Virus record (IMG/VR): IMGVR_UViG_3300028394_003336
Source of the DNA: a virus
Reading direction: 5' to 3' (one strand)
DNA: 64,000 nucleotides
The translations under genes and the position numbers were made by a program. The notes below the pieces were generated by a model, which did no database searches, had not been told where the DNA came from, and saw only the letters and a list, made by a program, of their open reading frames with translations. Positions within the stretch are counted from its first letter, which is position 1. Every line of letters begins with the position of its first letter. This document shows, one piece after another, positions 56,711 to 63,480 of this stretch.

Positions 56711-56801
56711 ATCACATCAGACAGGCATTCTACTTCCAGCGCCGAGAAATTGTATCTTATTTAACCCATCTCACCGCTGTATGGGTACCTGAAGATATGA
56801 C
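56711..56801 (-). ncRNA. Unassigned structured RNA E (pseudoknot or switch)
   Basis: GTCATATC/GATGTGAT, CAGGTA/TGCCTG and ACCCAT/ATGGGT helices; loop CAGCG is complementary to downstream CGCTG. Confidence 0.6.
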
Positions 56802-56805
56802 CTTG

Positions 56806-56879
56806 TGATTCGGAAAGGATTCGAACCTTTGACCCCAAACTTAGAAGGTTTGTGCTCTATCCAGCTGAGCTACCGAACC
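56806..56879 (-). tRNA. tRNA-Arg(TCT)
   Basis: CAAAC-CT-TCT-AA-GTTTG; TATCTTTG promoter just upstream (56889-56896). Confidence 0.92.
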
Positions 56880-56907
56880 AATATATTACAAAGATAATAA
56901 AAAAAAG

Positions 56908-57651
56908 TTACTCTGCAAAACTTTCTTCGTAGATGGTATCGTGAGCGTTTTCCTCTACATTATAGGTGTGATTTAATTCAATCGTCATTTCATGGAAGTT
57001 AAATATAAATTCGCCATCTGAACCTTCATTAATTTCCCACCCACCAAAGTTATTTTCAAGTTGTCTATAACACCAATCCTCTATTGAAGTAGGTACTCCA
57101 TCACCGTTTTCTTCAAAACTACTTTCAATATATCCTGAGTCACCTGAACCATTATATTTTACAGTTAATATGCCGTCATTTGGAACCTCAAGGTCATCAA
57201 GAACTCCATCTTTTTCCCATTCCTCAAAAATATCTTTTCCTTCTTCACTATCCCATTCAACACTATTACCATCACCTCTTTGATAAAATGTCCACCAATG
57301 ATTTACTGATATTTCTGATTTTTCACAATCAATATCAAAATCAATTCTTTCGTAATTTAAATCTTCTTCATCAGGTACTTGGAATATTCCATTTTCTTGA
57401 ATATAATCTCCTATTTTTTTCAATATTGGTACTAAACCATCAGGTACTTCGGCACTATAATTGTTTGAAAAATGACTACCCTCATGTTCCCAATCTATGT
57501 CATTAAAATCAAAATCGGCGCTATTGTCAATATCCATCTCAATACTTCCGTCTTGCATTCCAAGTGATGCGAGGTATCTACAAACTCTTCTAAGGTATTG
57601 TTTATCCTCAGGGGTTAATATATTAAATGAATTCACTTTTTTTCTTTTCAT
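56908..57651 (-). CDS. DUF6878-like acidic protein
   Basis: YNGSGDSGYIE...GWEINEGSDG motif. Confidence 0.6.
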   Translation of the reverse strand: MKRKKVNSFNILTPEDKQYLRRVCRYLASLGMQDGSIEMDIDNSADFDFNDIDWEHEGSHFSNNYSAEVPDGLVPILKKIGDYIQENGIFQVPDEEDLNYERIDFDIDCEKSEISVNHWWTFYQRGDGNSVEWDSEEGKDIFEEWEKDGVLDDLEVPNDGILTVKYNGSGDSGYIESSFEENGDGVPTSIEDWCYRQLENNFGGWEINEGSDGEFIFNFHEMTIELNHTYNVEENAHDTIYEESFAE

Positions 57652-57662
57652 AATAATAAATA

Positions 57663-58010
57663 TTAGTCTTCAAGTTTAAGTGTTCTGGTCATCCATTGAG
57701 GTCTTTGGTTGGTTGATATGTTATTAACCCATTCTTTAGCTGACGGAATATAGTTGTTACAATCTTCTTTAACATGTTGTTCTCCAACATATCTGGTGTA
57801 AACTATTTTACCATCACTATTAAGGAATTCAGTACCAAAACGTTTTTCCATCTCAAAAATACCTTCACTATGATGTCTAAACATTCTGTGTAAAGAATCT
57901 CCAAACCATCCTTTGGTCTCATCTAACCATTCATGTAAATGGATGTAATCTTCTGGTTTTCCACCAAATTTTTTGGCGGATGATTTTGCATGTACATTAG
58001 GGTGTGCCAT
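57663..58010 (-). CDS. DUF6915-like protein
   Basis: MAHPNVHAKSSAKKFGG...HEWLDETK...HRMFRHHSEG...GEQHVKEDC. Confidence 0.7.
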   Translation of the reverse strand: MAHPNVHAKSSAKKFGGKPEDYIHLHEWLDETKGWFGDSLHRMFRHHSEGIFEMEKRFGTEFLNSDGKIVYTRYVGEQHVKEDCNNYIPSAKEWVNNISTNQRPQWMTRTLKLED

Positions 58011-58596
58011 TTTTCCAAGAGTTTTTGTCGTATCCAAATAATTGAAAATCTTTTTCTAAAAAGTTATAAACGTAGTTTGACAATGAATTATTATAATATT
58101 CTTGCCAAGGGTTCCTTTTTCCAAATTCAGTTAAATACCCGTTATTTACAATGTTATCTTGAATTATAATTTCTAATTCTTCAGACATATTTTCTTTTAT
58201 AAACCATAAATTTCTAATATCCTCTTCAAGAAATTCTTGTCTTATTAAATAATCAGGAAATCTATTACAAGAAGAATATATTTTTGATAAATTAATCTGA
58301 TAATTTAAAGTTTGAATTGGGAACTCAACCTCTTCTCGCAATTTTTTGATTACCCAATTCCTAAAATCATTTGGTTCTCTTTTTTGATGATGACAATATA
58401 TGTGATAGATTGAAACTAATCTAGAATACGGATTTCTAATATTAGACACACAATAATATTGTTCATGTAATTTGTCTTCTAAAAACCTGTGTGATAAATC
58501 TGTAAAGTCTAAATGTCGCATTATAATGTCGCATGAACGAGTTGCCGCCCTCATAGGTGTAAACCAAAAAACTTTTAAATTATCTGAATATGGCAT
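57997..58596 (-). CDS. Sulfotransferase family 2-like protein
   Basis: PMRAATRS, IRNPYSRLVSIY and KDFQLFGY motifs; paralog of 49115-49732. Confidence 0.7.
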   Translation of the reverse strand: MPYSDNLKVFWFTPMRAATRSCDIIMRHLDFTDLSHRFLEDKLHEQYYCVSNIRNPYSRLVSIYHIYCHHQKREPNDFRNWVIKKLREEVEFPIQTLNYQINLSKIYSSCNRFPDYLIRQEFLEEDIRNLWFIKENMSEELEIIIQDNIVNNGYLTEFGKRNPWQEYYNNSLSNYVYNFLEKDFQLFGYDKNSWKNGTP

Positions 58597-58829
58597 TAAA
58601 ATATTTTTGTTTGTCTCCTTCTAACAATTTCCGCTTCTTTGTACCATCTAATCCAAGTTAAAGATACATCAATTGGTGCCAATAACCAAGCCATCACCAT
58701 AACCATAATGGTGTCTAATTCAGGTGAACCACCTGTGGGGTCATCACTATACCTGTTATTAAGGTTTTTAAACAACTGATAAAAACAATATACTACACAT
58801 ACAAGGTAGTATCCAATAAAAATACTCAT
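58596..58829 (-). CDS. Small membrane protein
   Basis: Start MSIFIGYY; the upstream extension would overlap tRNA-Thr. Confidence 0.65.
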   Translation of the reverse strand: MSIFIGYYLVCVVYCFYQLFKNLNNRYSDDPTGGSPELDTIMVMVMAWLLAPIDVSLTWIRWYKEAEIVRRRQTKIF

Positions 58830-58843
58830 AAATATAAATTTTG

Positions 58844-58916
58844 AGCCTCCTGTCGGAATCGAACCAACGACATTATCATTACAAATGATACGCTCTACCA
58901 GCTGAGCTAAGGAGGC
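58844..58916 (-). tRNA. tRNA-Thr(TGT)
   Basis: TATCA-TT-TGT-AA-TGATA. Confidence 0.92.
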
Positions 58917-58968
58917 AATTTGTGGGTATATGTTCATCACATATTCATGGGTTCCCACACACCCCTTG

Positions 58969-59042
58969 AGCGGATTATCGGGCTCGAACCGACCCTATTT
59001 CACATTGGAAGTGTGATGCCATACCAACTAGGCGAAATCCGC
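58969..59042 (-). tRNA. tRNA-Gly(TCC)
   Basis: TCACA-CT-TCC-AA-TGTGA; GCG start, U73. Confidence 0.92.
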
Positions 59043-59048
59043 TTATTG

Positions 59049-59120
59049 AGCAGTAGAGAGGAATCGGACCTCCGTCTCCACCTTGGCAAGGTGAAGTAAT
59101 AACCATTATACGACTACTGC
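59049..59120 (-). tRNA. tRNA-Gly(GCC)
   Basis: TCACC-TT-GCC-AA-GGTGG; variant T-loop TCCGATT. Confidence 0.85.
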
Positions 59121-59175
59121 GAGAGTGTAGTGGAAGATATCATTCCTGTGGTTACTACACGTTTTACCCACTTTG

Positions 59176-59249
59176 CGGACCGTACGGGACTCGAACCCGT
59201 GAACTCTACCGTGACAGGGTAGCATGATAACCAACTTCACCAACAATCC
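59176..59249 (-). tRNA. tRNA-Asp(GTC)
   Basis: CTACC-CT-GTC-AC-GGTAG; G73. Confidence 0.92.
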
Positions 59250-59255
59250 TTTTTG

Positions 59256-59327
59256 CGTCTCCTCCTGGGTTCAAACCAGGGACTTATTCGTTAACAGCGA
59301 ATCGCTCTATCGCTGAGCTAAGGAGAC
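59256..59327 (-). tRNA. tRNA-Asn(GTT)
   Basis: ATTCG-CT-GTT-AA-CGAAT; G73; variant T-loop TTTGAAC. Confidence 0.85.
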
Positions 59328-59440
59328 TCTTACAAATAACCACAAATTCCAACCTACTATCACTGGAGACAAAAATACAAATATTATTCCTAAAAACAAA
59401 GTCGTAATACTCCAAAATGGATGTTTTTCTTTTTTCATAG

Positions 59441-59513
59441 TAGAGTAGACAGGGTTCGAACCTGCACGCACTTGCTCCCAAAGCAAGGGACCTACCTATT
59501 GGTCAACTACTCT
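59441..59513 (-). tRNA. tRNA-Pro(TGG)
   Basis: CTTGC-TT-TGG-GA-GCAAG; AGAGTAG/CTACTCT acceptor. Confidence 0.88.
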
Positions 59514-59525
59514 ATATCCAATAAT

Positions 59526-59559
59526 AAAAAAACCCTGAACTTTCAAGATTCAGGGTTTT
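59526..59559 (-). terminator. Attenuator terminator 2
   Basis: AAAACCCUGAAU/GUUCAGGGUUUU stem and U7 tract, about 12 nt before tRNA-Pro. Confidence 0.88.
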
Positions 59560-59581
59560 AATATTTGGCTTCATTTTTTAA

Positions 59582-59677
59582 TTATCCAACATCAGTATCT
59601 GAATCTAAGCATAGAGTGCCCGTATCACCATTAGGTGTTGTCGGCGTGTTCCCTGTATTTAAATTCAAATGTCTCAT
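59582..59677 (-). CDS. Leader peptide 2, MRHLNLNTGNTPTTPNGDTGTLCLDSDTDVG
   Basis: Follows TATTTATA (59691-59698); N/T/G/P/D core matches the downstream tRNAs; AGAUUCAG pairs with the terminator 5' arm. Confidence 0.88.
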   Translation of the reverse strand: MRHLNLNTGNTPTTPNGDTGTLCLDSDTDVG

Positions 59678-59712
59678 AGTGTAATAATATTATAAATATG
59701 TTCCAAAGTCAA

Positions 59713-60450
59713 TTAATTTCCATTACCTCTTAAGTAGTAATCATTTGTTGTGTTTAAATTAGCTCTATTACCTGTGTCAGGATATGTTGTATATAAACGA
59801 TAAACTCCTTTTGGTATTCTATTTCCTTGATAGTTGAAAGTATATGAATACATCACACTGTTCATGTTATATGACCTTCCTTGAACGGTTCCGTTGGTTA
59901 CCAATGTGTTTCCTATCTTCTCATATGTATAAATTGTTTTCTGTCTTTTTGTATCATTAGACATTGCAGAAACAGGAATTAAAATGTTAATCCATCCAAA
60001 ACCCGATACAGTATTTTTTGGTATTTTAACGGTTGTAAAATTATATGCAATTTTAGTATTTCCAAAAGAATCTGTACCTCCACTAACTTGTGGAATTTCA
60101 GCTTCAATTACTGATGGTAATCTTCCATCATACCAATGTGGCATATCAATGTAATAAAGTAAGTTGTGTTGAACTGACGCGCCAGGTCCAACGAAGAAAC
60201 CTAAAAAACGTGTTTTATTTAACGATTGAGTTACCGTATTAAGATAATTTGCAACCATTACATATTTTGTATACGGCTCAACAAAGATGTAAGCTTTATT
60301 ATTTGTTTCAGGTGTTGATGTTGATGCAACCGATGCGGTGGCATTAACTTGAGTTAAGGTTTCTTTTTTATCAATAATAATATCCTGTTTGGTACAAGAG
60401 ATTGCTAATACGGTTACCATCACCGCAAGGAAAAGTTGTTTAAGTTTCAT
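59713..60450 (-). CDS. Putative lipoprotein
   Basis: MKLKQLFLAVMVTVLAIS-C lipobox; TATCTTTG upstream. Confidence 0.75.
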   Translation of the reverse strand: MKLKQLFLAVMVTVLAISCTKQDIIIDKKETLTQVNATASVASTSTPETNNKAYIFVEPYTKYVMVANYLNTVTQSLNKTRFLGFFVGPGASVQHNLLYYIDMPHWYDGRLPSVIEAEIPQVSGGTDSFGNTKIAYNFTTVKIPKNTVSGFGWINILIPVSAMSNDTKRQKTIYTYEKIGNTLVTNGTVQGRSYNMNSVMYSYTFNYQGNRIPKGVYRLYTTYPDTGNRANLNTTNDYYLRGNGN

Positions 60451-60523
60451 AGTATTTGTTTTAATATACCACAAAGATAATAATTAATTTGATTCTACAA
60501 AATTTTTGTTGATATTTATTATT

Positions 60524-60625
60524 ATGATAGACAGAAATAAACAGTGTCTTTTGGGAACAACGACAACGTATGAGAACGTAGATGTAATGAGAATTAAACA
60601 ATCTCGAACCATAAACTATTGCTAA
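60524..60625 (+). CDS. Candidate leader peptide 3, MIDRNKQCLLGTTTTYENVDVMRIKQSRTINYC
   Basis: TATTTAT at 60513-60519, 33-codon ORF, then a strong terminator before the HNH gene. Confidence 0.55.
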   Translation: MIDRNKQCLLGTTTTYENVDVMRIKQSRTINYC

Positions 60626-60639
60626 ATCTGTAGTATATC

Positions 60640-60671
60640 AAAAGGGGACGAGAACATTCGTCCCCTTTTTT
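60640..60671 (+). terminator. Intrinsic terminator upstream of the HNH gene
   Basis: AAAAGGGGACGA-GAACAT-TCGTCCCCTTTTTT. Confidence 0.85.
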
Positions 60672-60713
60672 GTTTCTATTAAAAAATAAACTATATTTGT
60701 AAAAATTACTATA

Positions 60714-61202
60714 ATGAGTAACGTGTTGGTTTTGAATTACGATTATACCCCACTAAATGTGACGAGTATTAGGCGGGGATTTGTACTTGTGGACAAGGGT
60801 AAAGCTGAGATTATAAAATCAGATGAGAATCCTATTTTTACAGGGTATAAGACATTTGTACGCCCGTTAATCATCAGATTATTGAATTATATCAAACACA
60901 AAACAAGAACAATTAGAGCTAGCAGACCAAGAATTTATAAACGTGACCATTATCAATGTGTGTATTGTGGGTCTAACAAAGACTTAACATTAGACCACGT
61001 TATACCCAAATCAAGAGGTGGTGGAAACGAATGGACCAATCTTGTCACATCTTGTTTTAAATGTAATTTAAGGAAGGGAAATAAAACCCCTGAAGAGGCG
61101 AAATTAACAATGACGCAAAAACCTTTTGTTCCAACTTTGGTAGGAGAAAATCAAAAATTACAAAGTGTTTGGAATGATTATCAAAAATCCTTTTTTTCGT
61201 AA
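60714..61202 (+). CDS. HNH endonuclease (McrA-like)
   Basis: RDHYQCVYCG...TLDHVIPKSRGG...WTNLVTSCFKCN. Confidence 0.92.
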   Translation: MSNVLVLNYDYTPLNVTSIRRGFVLVDKGKAEIIKSDENPIFTGYKTFVRPLIIRLLNYIKHKTRTIRASRPRIYKRDHYQCVYCGSNKDLTLDHVIPKSRGGGNEWTNLVTSCFKCNLRKGNKTPEEAKLTMTQKPFVPTLVGENQKLQSVWNDYQKSFFS

Positions 61203-61226
61203 AAAAAATTATTAAATTTAAATAAC

Positions 61227-61499
61227 ATGAAAATAGAAACTACATTAAAAGCTGGGTTGGTATCATCAATTTTAACATTATTATGGTCAATTGTAATGTG
61301 GAATAATAGTATTATGACTGTAAAAGTTCAAAGTAATAAAATTGATAGTTTAACAAAATTATCAGATAGTCTTTACGACAAATCATTTGAAAATTTTATT
61401 GAAGCTGGTAGATACGAAGCTGCTTTGGAGATTTACAAAGAAAAAAATCCAAAGGCTGTTAATGAGATAGAAGAAATAAAAAGTACACAAACTGAATAA
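61227..61499 (+). CDS. Hypothetical membrane-anchored protein
   Basis: N-terminal hydrophobic helix. Confidence 0.65.
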   Translation: MKIETTLKAGLVSSILTLLWSIVMWNNSIMTVKVQSNKIDSLTKLSDSLYDKSFENFIEAGRYEAALEIYKEKNPKAVNEIEEIKSTQTE

Positions 61500-61500
61500 A

Positions 61501-61785
61501 ATGCAAGAAAATCATTTAAAACCAAACGAAGAAGGGTACCAAGACGGCCCTCAAGACTTAATAAACGCATCTCTAATATTCGCAAGAGCATTGGGACTAA
61601 TCCTTAAAGAAAACGAAGGAATTGTTGTTGATGTTGTTGGAGAAATTAAATTAGGAGAAGAAGTTAAAAAAGTTATTGTTTTCAAATTTGAAAACCAAGT
61701 TCACATCTACAAATGTGATGATGACATTCCTGAAGGAAACGCTGTTAATATGGATACAAGCGCAACGAAGGAAGAACAAGAATAA
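61501..61785 (+). CDS. Hypothetical protein
   Basis: Operonic ORF. Confidence 0.7.
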   Translation: MQENHLKPNEEGYQDGPQDLINASLIFARALGLILKENEGIVVDVVGEIKLGEEVKKVIVFKFENQVHIYKCDDDIPEGNAVNMDTSATKEEQE

Positions 61786-61806
61786 TTTTTTAAAAATATC
61801 AAAATA

Positions 61807-63480
61807 ATGAGGACATTAGGATTTTCTGTTGGCCATGATAAGGGCGCAGTTATAATTGAAAACGGAAAAGTTGCCGTGGGTATTACCCAAGAAAGACTTT
61901 CAAGAATAAAACACGACGGTGCATATCAAGGAGGAACAATACCTTATGATTCAATTAATTATTGTTTAGATTATTTGGGAATAACTTATAAAGAGATTGA
62001 TTTATTTGTTTATAGTACAACCGAAATGGTTGATGATATAGACGAACAAATGAGAAAACATTTCAAAGTTGATTTAACAAATAAAACGAAATTTTTACCT
62101 CACCATTTAGCTCACGCATATTCGTCTTTCTTTAGCTCAGGTTTTGACGAAGCTGTGGTTGTTGTTGCCGACGCGTCTGGTAGTATTTTGAGTCATCTCA
62201 ATAAACTACCACTTTGGTATAAAGATGTCTATGAAGAAAAAATAGAAACTCGTCAAGATTGGAGTGAAGGAATTTCAATATATCACATTAAGAAAAATGA
62301 ATATACTGAAGTTTACAAAAAATGGATTAAATTTCCAGTTCCTTTGGAAACTGAAGATGGTGTTTCCGTTGGTACCGTATATTCTGAAGGTTCATTACAA
62401 TTAATTTTTGAACCAAACCATAATACGTGGCCAGCAGGTAAACTTATGGGTCTTGCGTCTTATGCCGACCAAGATATTGTAAACGAAGCACCTTATTTTA
62501 TACTTGAAAAAGACGGAGATATTTTTATCCCTAACAAAAGAATTTATCCAAGAGTTAATTACAATTCAGATTTTTTCTCAAGAGCTTGTGTTGCAGGAAT
62601 TTATCAAAGAGAACAAGAGAGAGTTTCTTTAATGCTTGCAGAAAAGGCAAAAACACTAACTGATTCTAAAAATATATGTGTTGCTGGTGGTTCATTCTTG
62701 AACTGTAATTCAAATGAAAAAATATTAAATTCAGGATTATTTGAAGACTGCTTTTTCCTTCCTCCCGCAGATGATAGCGGTATCCCATTGGGATGTGCGT
62801 GGTACGCTTATCAACAACTTATTGATATTGATATTGTTGAACCTTTAAACCCATATATTGGAAAACCATATTCCGACAAAGAAATAAATTCAACATTAAA
62901 TGAATTTCCTCATTTAGTTTTTGAAAAATATGATGACTTTGAAAAATTAATTGAAGATGTTTCTTATTGGTTAACACAAAACAGAGTAATTGGTTGGTTC
63001 CAAGGAGGTTCTGAAATTGGTCCAAGAGCATTAGGTAATCGTTCAATACTTGCATCACCAATTAAGTCTTGGATGACGGGACATATCAATTCAGATATTA
63101 AGAAAAGAGAATGGTATAGACCATTTGCTCCAGCTGTTTTGTTTGAACATCAATCAGAAATTTTTGAATCAGACGTTTACTCACCATACATGTTGGTAAC
63201 TACAACAGTAAAAGAAGAATGGAGAAATAAAATCCCCGCAGTAACTCACATAGATTATTCCGCGAGACACCAATCAGTAACTGAAAAAAATAATTTCAGG
63301 TTTTATTCGTTAATTAAAAAATTCCATAAAAAGACGGGAGTACCAGTATTACTCAACACAAGTTTTAATGGTCCAAGAGAACCAATGGTAGAAACACCCA
63401 GAGATGCCATAAAAAGTTTTATTGAGAATGGATTAGATTTCTTAGTATTAAATAACGTTTTAATTACAAAGACAACATGA
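61807..63480 (+). CDS. Carbamoyltransferase, CmcH/NodU family
   Basis: HD...ERLSRIKH, HHLAHA, GKLMGLA, GPRALGNRS, RPFAP and LNTSFN motifs. Confidence 0.93.
   Translation: MRTLGFSVGHDKGAVIIENGKVAVGITQERLSRIKHDGAYQGGTIPYDSINYCLDYLGITYKEIDLFVYSTTEMVDDIDEQMRKHFKVDLTNKTKFLPHHLAHAYSSFFSSGFDEAVVVVADASGSILSHLNKLPLWYKDVYEEKIETRQDWSEGISIYHIKKNEYTEVYKKWIKFPVPLETEDGVSVGTVYSEGSLQLIFEPNHNTWPAGKLMGLASYADQDIVNEAPYFILEKDGDIFIPNKRIYPRVNYNSDFFSRACVAGIYQREQERVSLMLAEKAKTLTDSKNICVAGGSFLNCNSNEKILNSGLFEDCFFLPPADDSGIPLGCAWYAYQQLIDIDIVEPLNPYIGKPYSDKEINSTLNEFPHLVFEKYDDFEKLIEDVSYWLTQNRVIGWFQGGSEIGPRALGNRSILASPIKSWMTGHINSDIKKREWYRPFAPAVLFEHQSEIFESDVYSPYMLVTTTVKEEWRNKIPAVTHIDYSARHQSVTEKNNFRFYSLIKKFHKKTGVPVLLNTSFNGPREPMVETPRDAIKSFIENGLDFLVLNNVLITKTT

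Noticed and set aside
58921-59170. Short spacer hairpins (TGTGGG/CCCACA at 58921-58959; GTGTAGT/ACTACAC at 59125-59160) as ncRNAs
   Set aside because: Single hairpins of about 40 nt; more simply explained as processing spacers.
58830-59481. ORF 59284-59481 and the 5' extension of ORF 58596-58958
   Set aside because: Both run through tRNA genes. A hydrophobic 43-codon frame starting at 59438 also overlaps tRNA-Asn, so it was left uncalled.
60714-61202. Mobile homing element
   Set aside because: No flanking repeats or interrupted gene; it resembles the standalone McrA-like HNH family, so it was not called a mobile element.
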